Below, piece by piece: positions 37,220 through 47,594 of a stretch of DNA of 64,000 nucleotides. This DNA comes from Peptococcaceae bacterium UBA6096. GTDB lineage: Bacteria > Bacillota > Peptococcia > DRI-13 > UBA5745. Every line of letters begins with the position of its first letter. Positions within the stretch are counted from its first letter, which is position 1. The position numbers were made by a program, and so were the translations under genes. The DNA lies in contig DIWW01000024.1 in the NCBI GenBank assembly GCA_002435905.1, positions 293 through 64,292 on the forward strand, given 5' to 3'. A model generated the notes under the pieces. The model saw only the letters and a program-made list of their open reading frames with translations, did not search any database and was not told the DNA's origin.

Positions 37220-39067
37220 ATGAAAAGAAGGTTTTTGGCTTGTGTCATGATGGCGTTGTTCATGCTATTTATAACATCGCCAACCTTTGCTTTGGGAACC
37301 TTATCTGAAACAGAGTACGAAAATGATCATGAATACGAATACGAAAACGATTATGATCACGAATATGAAGAGGATCATGAGTACGATTACGAACACGATT
37401 ATGATCATGAATACGATTATGACCATGAGTATGATGACGATCACGAATATGAAAATGAATACGAATATGAATACGAATACGATTATGATGACGAAGATGA
37501 TGATGACTTCGATGATGATGAAAACGAAGATGAATACATCGATGACGACGAAGATGATTATTTAAGATGGAAAAACGGTTTGACAGAACGGCAGCTTGCC
37601 GCGCTTAGGAACCGGGATATCGAAGACCGGGTCAGAGTCAACGGGAAAGTGCTGGACTACGAATTGCCTCCGGTTATTAAGGAAGGCAGGATCCTCGTGC
37701 CCGTTCGTGCGATCACCCAAGGGATGGGGGCAACGCTTTTCTGGGATCCCGTCAATAAAATTGTAACCATTACGCGAGATGATGTTACGGTCACCATGAA
37801 ACTCGGCGAGCGTTACCTCACGGTGGAGGATGACCACGGGACAAGACAGATTCAGATGGATACCCTGGTTCAAGTGAACTCCAGCCGGACCTTCATTCCT
37901 TTGCGTTTTCTTGCTGAGGCTTTTGGTGATCGAGTGCATTATGATGAAGACACCGGCGATATCGATGTGCAATACCATCTCGATACTCCATCCAGGCCCT
38001 ATCTAGCTGCAGGCATCGCAACCTGGACCGCGGTACCCCATGAGAATGACGGGTACAGACTCAGATTGTTCCGCAACAATGCCGAAGTAACCAGAGTGAC
38101 CATCGCCCATGGCGCCGCTTTGTCCTATAATTTTTCTTCCTATATGACGATGGCCGGGATCTATACGGTCAGGGTCAGGGCTTTAGGAACCGGTGCTTAC
38201 ACAGACTCTGCTGAATCAGTTCACTCATTGCCCCAGTTCGTCAATGTCTCGATTCCGGCTGCGCCGACCAACCCAGTGGTCAATGATACGGACAACACCT
38301 TTGGTTGGACGTACGTTTACGGATATACAAATGTTGCGCACTATGAATTGAGCGTCAACAATGGAACCACTTGGAAAAATTGCACGGCCAATCCCCAGCC
38401 TGTGGGCAATTACAATTATGCTGCAGGTACCGTACAAGTAAGAATCAAAGCGGATTACAGTCTTGGCAGACCGGCAGGAGAGATCCTGGTTTCGACAGCC
38501 GCCTTTACAATGGATGGGCAGACACGTCTGGAAACACCATCGATGCCAACCCTCTCTGCCTATAGAGCCACTTGGACTGCGGTTCCCCATGAGAATGACG
38601 GTTACAGACTTAGATTGTTCCGTAATGACGTTGAAATCACCAGCGTAACCATCGCCCACGGGGCACCATTATCCTTTAACTTCTCTTCTTTTATGGCCCC
38701 GGCCGGGATCTATACGGTCAGAGTCAGGGCTTTAGGGACTGGTGTTTATACTGACTCCAGAGAATCTCCGCACTCGCTGCCCCAGTTGGTCAATATCATA
38801 GCGCTGCCAGCGCCCACGAATCCGGTGGTCAATGATACTGCCAACACCTTTGGCTGGACCTATGTTCCTGGATACACAGACATTGAAACCTATGAATACA
38901 GTGTCAACAACGGAATCAGTTGGGAAGACTGCACGGCCAATCCTCAACCTGTGGGCAACCACAAGTTTGCCGCGGGAACAGTGAAGGTCAGAATCGAAGC
39001 TGATTTCAGCCATTTCAGGCCGGCCGGTGCGATTTTGACTTCGCCCACTGCATTTACAATCAACTAA
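37220..39067 (+). CDS. Secreted protein: signal peptide, 83-aa D/E/H/Y/N-only repeat tract, copper-amine-oxidase-N-like (stalk) domain, two 166-aa tandem repeats
   Basis: Signal peptide ..ITSPTFA/LG. Stalk domain VNGKVLDYELPPVIKEGRILVPVRAITQGMGATLFWD...FIPLRFLAEAFG. Repeats begin ATWTAVPHENDGYRLRLFRN. Confidence 0.8.
   Translation: MKRRFLACVMMALFMLFITSPTFALGTLSETEYENDHEYEYENDYDHEYEEDHEYDYEHDYDHEYDYDHEYDDDHEYENEYEYEYEYDYDDEDDDDFDDDENEDEYIDDDEDDYLRWKNGLTERQLAALRNRDIEDRVRVNGKVLDYELPPVIKEGRILVPVRAITQGMGATLFWDPVNKIVTITRDDVTVTMKLGERYLTVEDDHGTRQIQMDTLVQVNSSRTFIPLRFLAEAFGDRVHYDEDTGDIDVQYHLDTPSRPYLAAGIATWTAVPHENDGYRLRLFRNNAEVTRVTIAHGAALSYNFSSYMTMAGIYTVRVRALGTGAYTDSAESVHSLPQFVNVSIPAAPTNPVVNDTDNTFGWTYVYGYTNVAHYELSVNNGTTWKNCTANPQPVGNYNYAAGTVQVRIKADYSLGRPAGEILVSTAAFTMDGQTRLETPSMPTLSAYRATWTAVPHENDGYRLRLFRNDVEITSVTIAHGAPLSFNFSSFMAPAGIYTVRVRALGTGVYTDSRESPHSLPQLVNIIALPAPTNPVVNDTANTFGWTYVPGYTDIETYEYSVNNGISWEDCTANPQPVGNHKFAAGTVKVRIEADFSHFRPAGAILTSPTAFTIN
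37313..37561 (+). repeat. Coding low-complexity tract (HEY/DYD/EYE units)
   Basis: EYENDHEYEYENDYDHEYEEDHEYDYEHDYDHEYDYDHEYDDDHEYENEYEYEYEYDYDDEDDDDFDDDENEDEYIDDDEDDY. The DNA is built from gaX/taY/caY codons only. Confidence 0.9.
38018..39064 (+). repeat. Intragenic tandem duplication, period 549 nt (183 codons)
   Basis: ACCTGGACCGCGGTACCCCATGAGAATGACGG at 38021 is repeated as ACTTGGACTGCGGTTCCCCATGAGAATGACGG at 38570. The protein repeats stay collinear to the C-terminus. Confidence 0.85.
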
Positions 39068-39095
39068 ATTAATTGAAGTTGCTTCATTAAAATCA

Positions 39096-39150
39096 AAGAG
39101 TGTATCGCGATTCTGGCCTGAAAGGCTCGTGGGTGATACACTCTTATTAT
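39096..39150 (+). terminator. Terminator-like long hairpin
   Basis: AAGAGTGTATC...GATACACTCTT with an inner GCCT-gaa-AGGC, followed by an A/T-rich tail. Confidence 0.55.
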
Positions 39151-39180
39151 TAAATGAATAATCTTCGGAGGTGAATCTAT

Positions 39181-40305
39181 ATGGCCGCAAGAAGGACGTT
39201 GGTTTTCATATTGATCATTGGTTTGCTTCTTATGGTTGGGGGCTGCACCCAACCGCCGGTCCCTACGGGCAGCCAGCCAAATACGGATTATGTTGAACCA
39301 AAAGAAGAAATCATGAAGGCTTTAAGCTCGAATAAGGACGTATCCAAGGTGACCTGGTCCCCGGATGAAACCATCGTTTTATATGTTCTGAAGAGGAAAT
39401 CGGATCAAGAGGACTTCAGTACCGCCTATGCCAGAAAGGTGGATGAGGATCAAGAACAGGTTGTTCTTGATGTGTCCCCGGGCTTTCTGTCGTTTACCTG
39501 GTCGCCGGACAGTCAGCATTTCATGATCAGTGAAACCTCTGGAGAGGGCGTCATCAACCGCATCTATCAATCAATATCATTCGAAAAGGAATTAGAGATC
39601 CTTAGCGTTGATGTTCCTGTTTGGAGTCCCGACAGCAGCATGTTGGCCTATGGCTTTGTTCGCCATAGCAATGGGGATATTTGGGGATCCCTCAAGGTCC
39701 AAAGTTTGGGGCAAGCTGAAGGGGAGTTTATCTGGAATACGAAAAACTATCGATACGAAGTTGAATATTGGGATGCTGCCGGATTGATTGGTTATTTAGA
39801 AATCAATGACAAACAAGAGCAAAGTCACAAGACGACTCAAAATATAAGGCCCAGCATATCCGGGGTGCATCTTGGGGATACCGGAGAACAGGTGAAAACA
39901 GCCTTGGGCAATGACTATTCAGAGACCCCTCCCGGAGAAGAAACCATGAACTTTCCTGAACCGATTTACCGTTGGAGCTATGCTGAGGGATATGAAGTTT
40001 TTATCGGCAAAGACACAGGAAAAGTGTGGGAAATCATGGCCACCGCTTCCGGTGCGGAAACGAATTTAGGCGTAAAGATCGGTGATCAAGCCGAAAAGGT
40101 GTGGGAAATCTACAGAACCCAATATTTAGAGCCTGAAAGTATCCATGGCGGCAGATTGTATGGCATCTTCAAAGTCGAAGGCGCCGCTGCCTTAGCTTTT
40201 CGATTTGATATTGAAGAGGGGACCATGCGTCCGGAAATCAAGCCTGAAAATAGGGTCGTCAGCATGGATCTGACCTATCCGAATATTATGGATGACGATT
40301 TTTAA
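39181..40305 (+). CDS. Lipoprotein with TolB/WD40-like beta-propeller repeats
   Basis: Lipobox LLLMVGGC. Repeated WSPD motifs (TWSPDETIVLY, TWSPDSQHFMI, VWSPDSSMLAY). Confidence 0.65.
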   Translation: MAARRTLVFILIIGLLLMVGGCTQPPVPTGSQPNTDYVEPKEEIMKALSSNKDVSKVTWSPDETIVLYVLKRKSDQEDFSTAYARKVDEDQEQVVLDVSPGFLSFTWSPDSQHFMISETSGEGVINRIYQSISFEKELEILSVDVPVWSPDSSMLAYGFVRHSNGDIWGSLKVQSLGQAEGEFIWNTKNYRYEVEYWDAAGLIGYLEINDKQEQSHKTTQNIRPSISGVHLGDTGEQVKTALGNDYSETPPGEETMNFPEPIYRWSYAEGYEVFIGKDTGKVWEIMATASGAETNLGVKIGDQAEKVWEIYRTQYLEPESIHGGRLYGIFKVEGAAALAFRFDIEEGTMRPEIKPENRVVSMDLTYPNIMDDDF

Positions 40306-40428
40306 ATGATGCGCGGGCGACGGCATTGAACAACAGGAAAGGATAGCCTTTTTGAAGGGGCTCCAGGTATATCGTTTGGACATTAGACGAGGGGTGCGCA
40401 TTTTATCAGTCTGTTGTATTTTAGCCAT

Positions 40429-40470
40429 CAAAAAACGGCTCTGCGGTTAGGCATGAGCCGTTTTTTTATT
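40429..40470. terminator. Bidirectional rho-independent terminator
   Basis: AAAAAACGGCTC...GAGCCGTTTTTTT between convergent genes. Confidence 0.7.
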
Positions 40471-40518
40471 TTAAAATAACACATTTTATTGCGGAAATCC
40501 TGAATATTGATGAAAGAA

Positions 40519-41595
40519 CTATTTTTCATGGGCCAACATCTGGTTTCGATATTGAGTGGGCGTAATGCCGGTAACACGCTTAAATACCTGGCAAAGATAT
40601 TTAGCATCACCAAAACCAACTTGTTCTGCTATGGTGTTGGGGTCAACTTTTGGATTCAGCAATAACTTTTGGGCCTGCTCAATTCGAACTTGGTTAACAT
40701 AGGATACGAAAGATGTACCCAGGGATTTGGAAAACAAGGTGCTGAGATAAGTTGGAGTAATATACACTGCCTCTGCCACAATATCCAAAGTAAGCCTGTC
40801 CTTATAATGGATGCGGATGTATTTTTCCGCAGAAATTACCGCCGGATTTATGGTTGACTCCGAATGGATGATGGAATAGGTTTCATCTAAAACAGATAAA
40901 AGAAACTGGCGCAGAGATCTAGCCAGACCCCTATCGTTCCAGCGGATGCCCTCCAGATGGTCGATGGAAAGCGTCTTGCGGCGTTCCATTAGGAGTCTGG
41001 TGATAGCCCCATAGAGCATCGAGACGCAAGCTAACGCATCATTATTATCATTCCGGGAAAAAATTTGCTTGATAAAGTCATCGAGAACAAAAGCAAGATT
41101 TTCCTTTCTTCCAGTGAAGAGGATGCCCATAATAGCCTTTTCTTTGTCCATAGGATAGCTTAATATATCGCTGCCACCTCGAGGCAGCTTATACTGAGGC
41201 ATAATCAGATCGGGAATACGCTTTTCTAAATCTCCCACAGCCTTTTCAAAGGCTTGCTTTAAGTCTGTTGGACTATAGGGCTTAAGGATATATTCACTAA
41301 CAGAAAGCCTTAAAGCGGTTTGAGCATATTTAAAATCCGCATAGCCGCTCATGACGATGAAATAGGGGTCAAGACCGTTTTTTCGAGTTGCCTCAATGAC
41401 TTCCAACCCATCCATCCCCGGCATTTTAATATCAATTAATACAATATCCGGTTTAATCTTTAATATAGCTTCCAGGCCGGAAACTCCATTATCCGCAGTT
41501 ATAACTAAATCCAAGCCCATTTGATTCCAATCGAAAAAAGCCCCTATTGTATCTAAGGTGTCTGTATCATCATCAATCAATATTATCTTATACAT
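40519..41595 (-). CDS. Response regulator, CheY receiver plus AraC-type HTH (YesN-like)
   Basis: MYKIILIDDD..DIVLIDIKMPGMDG receiver. C-terminal AraC HTH (..YITPTYLSTLFSK..GFGDAKYLCQVFKRVTGITPTQYR). The start overlaps the kinase gene end by 8 nt. Confidence 0.9.
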   Translation of the reverse strand: MYKIILIDDDTDTLDTIGAFFDWNQMGLDLVITADNGVSGLEAILKIKPDIVLIDIKMPGMDGLEVIEATRKNGLDPYFIVMSGYADFKYAQTALRLSVSEYILKPYSPTDLKQAFEKAVGDLEKRIPDLIMPQYKLPRGGSDILSYPMDKEKAIMGILFTGRKENLAFVLDDFIKQIFSRNDNNDALACVSMLYGAITRLLMERRKTLSIDHLEGIRWNDRGLARSLRQFLLSVLDETYSIIHSESTINPAVISAEKYIRIHYKDRLTLDIVAEAVYITPTYLSTLFSKSLGTSFVSYVNQVRIEQAQKLLLNPKVDPNTIAEQVGFGDAKYLCQVFKRVTGITPTQYRNQMLAHEK

Positions 41596-43465
41596 TTTCA
41601 GCAAACCCACTTCCATTGGCAAGCTCGTCGGTATAAATAACCGGTATAACAATTTTCACCAGGGTCTTTTCATAGGGGATGCTTTCAATAGTGAAAGTAT
41701 GTTGGCCGTTGTAAGTATGCTTTAGCCTTTCACTGATATTTTTCATGGCTAATCGATTGCCCTGGGATTTTTCACCCAAACCCGGTGACGGCAACTTGTC
41801 AGGAAGCAGGGCAAGTATATCAGGCTTAATGCCGGGGCCATTATCAAACACTTCAAGATTAATCATTTTGCCATCCGGGGAAAGATAGATATTGACCCGA
41901 ATCTTAATTTTCTCCTGTCTGCTTTGGGCTCCATGGACGCCATGGGCGATAGAATTTTCTACCAGAGGCTGCAAACTGAGTTTGGGTATATATATTTCAC
42001 CCACCCCGTTTTCTACAGAGATTTTATAGTCGAAGTGATTGCCGTAGCATTGCTTTTGAAGCTTAAGATAATTGTGAAGGAGCTCGACTTCCTGGCGCAC
42101 AGTGGACATTTTTTGTTTGGTTCCCAGGATGGATTGGAATATCCTACCAAAAGAGTAGATGAGGCCGGCCACTTCCTGGTCATTGTTTTTCATAGCCAAC
42201 CATTGGATTGAGTTAACGACATTATATAAGAAATGAGGATTGATCTGGGAATGCAAGGTTGCCAGCTCAGCTTCTTTTTCTTTAAGCTTAAGAACATAGT
42301 TGCTATTGATGAGCCGTTGATTATCTTCCACCATCGTGTTGAAGACATCGCCCAAACGACCCACTTCATCATGATGGTGGAAATTTACCCGGGAGGCAAA
42401 ATCACCATGGGCAAAGTTTTCCATGGAGATCGTTAACTTATTAAGAGGCTTCGTAATCGATTTGGATATGAAGAGGAAAAGGGGGATTAAAAGGGACATA
42501 AACAAAGCCATAGCGACAATAGTATATACCGCAAAAGAGCTGATGTCCCATCGGAAATCCAAAAAGGGCAAAAGATAAAATAGACGCAGATCTGTGTTGG
42601 CAATACGAGCGGAAAAGCTCCAATAGTTGTTATTGCCTATCGTAACCTGGGTTCCGGACGCTGAGCCCAGGTTATTGAGGCGGCTAATTGTATCATTGTC
42701 TAAAGAGACGCTGGTTCTATTAAAAACCTCTTCGTTTTCTTCATTGACAATAATGATTGAGCTATAGACTGGTCCCAGCTGAGGGCCGATATCCAACAGT
42801 TTGCGTACATCCACTGATACAGCAACTGCGCCGATGGTTTTTCTGTCTTTGCTGCTTTGCACTCTTTTCCACAGGCATAGCTTAGGAGAAAAATCCCGCT
42901 CCATAAAAGAACCCTCATTGGCTGGGATATACTGCCAAACAAAACTTTTTTTCTCGGACATGATGCTGCTTAGAGGGTGAAGGGGATCCGATATCGTCTG
43001 ATCTAAAGGGCCGGAAGATCCATCGATGGATGAATAGTCCAGTACCTGACCATTTTTATCGTAAACAATAATACTGACAGCATATTTCAAACTACTGACA
43101 GCAGTTAAGGTGTCTGACTCTGTGATTTCTGATTTTCCATTGTTGCTGTTGGTTATCATTGTTTGAATATCTTGGGCCAAGCCCATATAATCAGCAATAC
43201 CGCTTATATATTGCATTTCTTCCCGTACAATATTGAGGCCGCTTTTTAGAAATTCATCTCCTTGCCTCTTTTGATCAGCAATATTGTTTTTATGAGAAAG
43301 TAAAAGCATAAGGGCCGAGAGAAAAATAAAGATAGCAAAAATGCCTGAGCAGATAACCAGCATGAGTTTTGTAGCCAGACTAAGGTTGGAAAAGCGCTGA
43401 ATGGCATTTGCTTTTATTTTGGAAACTCCGGAGGGTGAAGAAGGCAAATTCATCATACCCTTCAT
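41588..43465 (-). CDS. Sensor histidine kinase (YesM-like: two TM helices, extracellular sensor, HAMP, His_kinase/HATPase)
   Basis: HAMP (..ITKPLNKLTISMENFAHGDF..), LHSQINPHFLYN phosphoacceptor-region motif, and ATPase boxes (..DNGPGI.., ..GNRLAMKNISERL). The exact start is uncertain. Confidence 0.9.
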   Translation of the reverse strand: MKGMMNLPSSPSGVSKIKANAIQRFSNLSLATKLMLVICSGIFAIFIFLSALMLLLSHKNNIADQKRQGDEFLKSGLNIVREEMQYISGIADYMGLAQDIQTMITNSNNGKSEITESDTLTAVSSLKYAVSIIVYDKNGQVLDYSSIDGSSGPLDQTISDPLHPLSSIMSEKKSFVWQYIPANEGSFMERDFSPKLCLWKRVQSSKDRKTIGAVAVSVDVRKLLDIGPQLGPVYSSIIIVNEENEEVFNRTSVSLDNDTISRLNNLGSASGTQVTIGNNNYWSFSARIANTDLRLFYLLPFLDFRWDISSFAVYTIVAMALFMSLLIPLFLFISKSITKPLNKLTISMENFAHGDFASRVNFHHHDEVGRLGDVFNTMVEDNQRLINSNYVLKLKEKEAELATLHSQINPHFLYNVVNSIQWLAMKNNDQEVAGLIYSFGRIFQSILGTKQKMSTVRQEVELLHNYLKLQKQCYGNHFDYKISVENGVGEIYIPKLSLQPLVENSIAHGVHGAQSRQEKIKIRVNIYLSPDGKMINLEVFDNGPGIKPDILALLPDKLPSPGLGEKSQGNRLAMKNISERLKHTYNGQHTFTIESIPYEKTLVKIVIPVIYTDELANGSGFAENV

Positions 43466-43652
43466 TATAAATTACATTTGAACTATAGCATGGCGTGGCC
43501 TCCCATTCAATAAATTCAGTTGAAAATTGAATAATTGCGGGAAGATTTATAATATTACAAGTTGTCAGACAAGTCACAAATAATTAAACTTTAAGCAGAA
43601 CCGGGTTCCTGAATAAATTTTAACCAATTAGACCATGAAGGGAGGAAGGGTT

Positions 43653-44648
43653 TTGGGAAGGTATGTATTAAAGAGGCTATTGCATCTCATCCCGGTATTG
43701 ATTGGCGTAATGCTTTTAGCGTTTTTACTTAATGAAATTGCGCCTGGAGATCCTGCTGCATTATTAGCCGGCGGAGAAAGTGCAACACCGGAAAAAATTG
43801 CTCAAATCCGGGCGGAATTAAAGCTGGATGATCCCTTTATTTTAAGATTTGGTGACTATGTCAAGAAATTAGTTACAGAAGGGAATATAGGAGTATCCTA
43901 TAAAACGCAACAACCAGTGGCTGCAGAGGTGGCGCACAGGTATCCCCAAACGTTGAAAATGGCAGCAATAAGCGCCGTGTTGGCTTCAATCATTGGTATT
44001 GCTTTGGGGATAATATCCGCTATTAAACAATATTCATTTATTGACAATATAATTTCCATGTTCTCTCTGTTGGGAGTATGCATGCCGGTGTTTTGGTCAT
44101 CCCTTTTGTTGATTTTGTTTTTTTCAATCAATCTTAAATGGTTGCCTTCTTCAGGCTTTAGCACTTGGCGGCATTGGATTCTGCCTTGTGCAGTCATAGG
44201 CACCAGCATGGCTGCTTCAATCGTCAGGATGACTCGCTCCAGCATGCTGGAAGTAATTCGCCAAGACTATATTCGCACAGCCCGAGCCAAAGGCCAAGTG
44301 GAACGAGTTGTCATATCAAAGCATGCGCTAAAAAATGCTCTAATTCCTGTGGTAACCAATATTGGTATGCACTTTGGCGTATTGTTGGGCGGGGCTGTCA
44401 TTATAGAAACAATTTTTGTTATACCTGGTATCGGCAAATACATAACCGATGCAATTAAGAACCGAGACTATCCTGTTGTACAGGGCTCTGTCATGGTTTT
44501 AGCTTTAACCAACAGCTTTGTCAATCTAGGTGTGGACTTGTTGTATGCGGCAATAGACCCCCGGATTAGATCCCAGTATCGAAATATGGGAAAAATGAAA
44601 ATGAAAAAGAAAAAGGCGGCGCTGCCGTTGGGAAGGGAGGCTGTTTAA
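43653..44648 (+). CDS. Peptide/nickel ABC transporter permease (DppB/OppB-like)
   Basis: N-terminal YVLKRLLHLIPVLIGV and EAA-type loop (..DYIRTARAKG..). TTG 43653 lies 6 nt after GGGAGGA; the track start 43635 is the alternative. Confidence 0.85.
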   Translation: MGRYVLKRLLHLIPVLIGVMLLAFLLNEIAPGDPAALLAGGESATPEKIAQIRAELKLDDPFILRFGDYVKKLVTEGNIGVSYKTQQPVAAEVAHRYPQTLKMAAISAVLASIIGIALGIISAIKQYSFIDNIISMFSLLGVCMPVFWSSLLLILFFSINLKWLPSSGFSTWRHWILPCAVIGTSMAASIVRMTRSSMLEVIRQDYIRTARAKGQVERVVISKHALKNALIPVVTNIGMHFGVLLGGAVIIETIFVIPGIGKYITDAIKNRDYPVVQGSVMVLALTNSFVNLGVDLLYAAIDPRIRSQYRNMGKMKMKKKKAALPLGREAV

Positions 44649-45590
44649 ATGGCCAAAATAAGTACACCGGCCATCATGGCCTTTCAAATAAATCAAGAGA
44701 AGAGAGAACGTATTTTTAAAAAGAAAAATGACAGTACAGACACGGTCAGTGTGCCCCTTTGGCTGGAATCCTGGCGTCGGCTGATACGCCGTCCTACAGC
44801 GACTTTAGGTATGATCATTTTTTTGGCGCTGGTTCTTATGGCCTTGTTTCCTTCATTGATAGCGCCTGAAGGTTACGACAACCAGCAATACACCAAACTT
44901 TTTCAGCCTCCGAATGCTCAAAACATCATGGGCACTGACAATCTGGGCCGTGACGTTTTTAGCCGGGTTTTGTATGGTGCCAGATATTCTATGGGCGTAG
45001 GTTTTTTTGCTGTGATATTTGCCTTGCTGATTGGAGGCACGATGGGATCGATTGCAGCCTTTTATGGTGGCCGGGCGGATAGTATTATTATGAGATTTTT
45101 AGATATTGTCTTATCAATCCCCAGCATTTTATTGGCGATTGCTATAACCTCAATATTAGGCACGAATATCGTCAATCTAACCATAGCCATAAGTATTTCA
45201 TCGTTTCCTCACTACGCTCGAATTGTACGAGCGGCCATCCTTAGTATTAAAGAGCTGGAATTTGTGGAAGCCGCGCGGGCTATTGGTGCCAGTGATACCA
45301 GAATAATTTTCCGGCACTTGCTGCCCAATGCCATGGCCCCCATCATAGTTCAAGCCACTGTAGGTTTAGGGGGTGCTATCCTTTCCTGTGCTGCGTTAAG
45401 CTTTATTGGCCTTGGCATTCAGCCGCCTTTGCCGGAATGGGGCACAATGCTCTCCGCTGGGCGTGAGTATATCCGTGAATACTGGTGGCTGGTTGTATTT
45501 CCTGGCATGTTCATCATGCTTGCCATTTTTTCAGTAAATCTGTTTGGCGATGGCTTAAGGGATGCTCTGGATCCTAGATTAAAACAATAG
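44649..45590 (+). CDS. Peptide/nickel ABC transporter permease (DppC/OppC-like)
   Basis: ..[20 protein letters not shown].. and ..[24 protein letters not shown].. are typical of the family. Confidence 0.9.
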   Translation: MAKISTPAIMAFQINQEKRERIFKKKNDSTDTVSVPLWLESWRRLIRRPTATLGMIIFLALVLMALFPSLIAPEGYDNQQYTKLFQPPNAQNIMGTDNLGRDVFSRVLYGARYSMGVGFFAVIFALLIGGTMGSIAAFYGGRADSIIMRFLDIVLSIPSILLAIAITSILGTNIVNLTIAISISSFPHYARIVRAAILSIKELEFVEAARAIGASDTRIIFRHLLPNAMAPIIVQATVGLGGAILSCAALSFIGLGIQPPLPEWGTMLSAGREYIREYWWLVVFPGMFIMLAIFSVNLFGDGLRDALDPRLKQ

Positions 45591-45601
45591 AGGTAAAAAA
45601 C

Positions 45602-46597
45602 ATGAGAACAAATGAAACAACTAAATTCCTAGAGGTAAAAAACCTGGTAATCCATTACGAGACCGATAATGGTGTGGTGGAAGCCGTTAACAATATATCA
45701 TTCAAAATGAACCGGGGAGAGACCTTGAGTTTGGTCGGAGAAACCGGTGCCGGCAAAACCACCACAGCGCTGGGCCTGCTTAACTTAGTTCCTAACCCTC
45801 CTGGTAGAATTATTGACGGAGAGATTCTATTAAATGGTGAAAATCTATTAAAAATGAGCCCCCATCAGATGCAAAAAATCAGGGGCAGTAAGATTACGAT
45901 GATTTTTCAAGACCCCATGACCTCGTTAAACCCTATCGAGACTGTGGGAGATCAAATCTCCGAAGTCATTAGACTGCACAATAAAGTCAGCAGGGCCGAA
46001 GCGGCTCAATTGGCCTGTGATATGTTGGAGAAGGTAGGAATACCTGCAGAGCGCTATGGCGACTATCCCCACCAGTTTTCAGGAGGCATGAAACAAAGGG
46101 TCGTCATTGCCATCGCCTTAGCCTGTGATCCGGAGCTCCTTATCTCAGATGAACCTACGTCGGCTTTAGATGTTACCATCCAAGCCCAGGTTTTGGATAC
46201 GATGTGGCAACTCAAGAAAGAGTTAAAGACTTCAATGCTGATGATCACTCATGACTTAGGGGTCGTAGCGGAAACCAGTGATAATGTGGCGGTAATGTAT
46301 GCAGGGGAAATCGTGGAGTATGGCACCTTGCGCCAGGTGTTTAAAGATACCAAGCACCCTTACACCCAGGCATTATTCGATTCCCTGCCGGACATTAATA
46401 AAAATGTTCAGAGATTGATACCCATCAAAGGCTTAACACCGGATCCTTCCAGCTTGCCGAATTATTGTAGTTTCTATGATCGCTGCAAGAAAAGGATGGA
46501 GGAATGCAAGAAAACCGATCCGGCGTCTGTGGACGTCGGGGACGGACACCTGGTAAAATGCCTCCTTTTTGCATCGGAAAGGAGCAGCCATGAGTAA
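45602..46597 (+). CDS. Peptide ABC transporter ATP-binding protein (OppD/DppD-like)
   Basis: Walker [10 protein letters not shown], signature FSGGMKQR, Walker [14 protein letters not shown]-terminal oligopeptide-type extension ([12 protein letters not shown]). Confidence 0.9.
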   Translation: MRTNETTKFLEVKNLVIHYETDNGVVEAVNNISFKMNRGETLSLVGETGAGKTTTALGLLNLVPNPPGRIIDGEILLNGENLLKMSPHQMQKIRGSKITMIFQDPMTSLNPIETVGDQISEVIRLHNKVSRAEAAQLACDMLEKVGIPAERYGDYPHQFSGGMKQRVVIAIALACDPELLISDEPTSALDVTIQAQVLDTMWQLKKELKTSMLMITHDLGVVAETSDNVAVMYAGEIVEYGTLRQVFKDTKHPYTQALFDSLPDINKNVQRLIPIKGLTPDPSSLPNYCSFYDRCKKRMEECKKTDPASVDVGDGHLVKCLLFASERSSHE

Positions 46598-47555
46598 ATT
46601 CTTGGAGGTAAAGAATCTAAAAAAATACTATGAAACCAATCGAGGTACTCTCCATGCAGTCGACGGAGTTAGCTTTTCTATAGAAAAGGGCGAAACGATG
46701 GGCGTAGTGGGTGAATCAGGCTGCGGCAAAAGCACTTTGGGACAGACAATTTTGCATCTGAGAAAACCAACAGATGGTGAGATTTATTTCAATGGCGAGG
46801 ATATTTCCAAACCCAACAAAAAAAAGCGTCATGACTTGTGCCAGCATATGCAGATCATCTTTCAAGATCCCTTTTCCTCTCTTGACCCCCGCATGACAGT
46901 CAAGCAAATTATTAGCGAGCCGTTAAAGATTTTCAATGCAGTAAAAAGCAAAGCCGAATTGGAAGAACGCGTATCAAAATTAATGGAAACCGTGGGCTTG
47001 GCCAGGCGTTTTGTCAACACCTATCCACATGAGCTGGATGGGGGCCGCAGGCAAAGAATTGGGATAGCCAGAGCCCTGGCCTTAGAGCCAAGCTTCATTG
47101 TCTGCGATGAACCGGTCTCGGCTCTGGATGTATCCATCCAGGCCCAAGTTCTAAATTTGATGCAAGATTTGCAGGCGCAGCTAGACCTAACTTATATATT
47201 TATTACCCATGATTTATCCGTTGTTAAACATATTTCCAACAATATTATGGTAATGTATCTTGGTGTCGTCGTGGAGCGTACTTCTTCACAAGGTTTGTTC
47301 GCCGCCCCATTGCACCCTTATACCAAAGCGCTTCTAAGTGCCATACCCCACAGCGATATTGATGTACCTAGAGAACGTATCTTATTAAGAGGGGAGATAT
47401 CTTCTCCGATTGAACCACCCCCCGGCTGTCGATTTGCCAAGCGTTGCAACTATGCTACAGAAAAGTGCTTTACCGAGGATCCGGTACTGGAAGAGATTTA
47501 TCCGGGACATGAAGTAGCCTGCCACAATGTTAAGGAAATTAATGCCATCCATTAG
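46590..47555 (+). CDS. Peptide ABC transporter ATP-binding protein (OppF/DppF-like)
   Basis: [49 protein letters not shown]. The ATG at 46590 overlaps the upstream stop. Confidence 0.9.
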   Translation: MSKFLEVKNLKKYYETNRGTLHAVDGVSFSIEKGETMGVVGESGCGKSTLGQTILHLRKPTDGEIYFNGEDISKPNKKKRHDLCQHMQIIFQDPFSSLDPRMTVKQIISEPLKIFNAVKSKAELEERVSKLMETVGLARRFVNTYPHELDGGRRQRIGIARALALEPSFIVCDEPVSALDVSIQAQVLNLMQDLQAQLDLTYIFITHDLSVVKHISNNIMVMYLGVVVERTSSQGLFAAPLHPYTKALLSAIPHSDIDVPRERILLRGEISSPIEPPPGCRFAKRCNYATEKCFTEDPVLEEIYPGHEVACHNVKEINAIH

Positions 47556-47594
47556 GAGCCCAAATCTAATATAAAAAAACGAGGAGGTAGTCAA

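Noticed and set aside
37287-37565. 92-aa + strand ORF (M/I/T/N/K-rich) overlapping the acidic repeat
   Set aside because: It is an alternate frame of the gaX/taY/caY repeat. The main frame is continuous with a signal peptide and downstream domains.
37313-39064. CRISPR array or other non-coding repeat array
   Set aside because: All repeats here lie in one continuous protein-coding frame. No repeat-spacer periodicity exists anywhere in the window.
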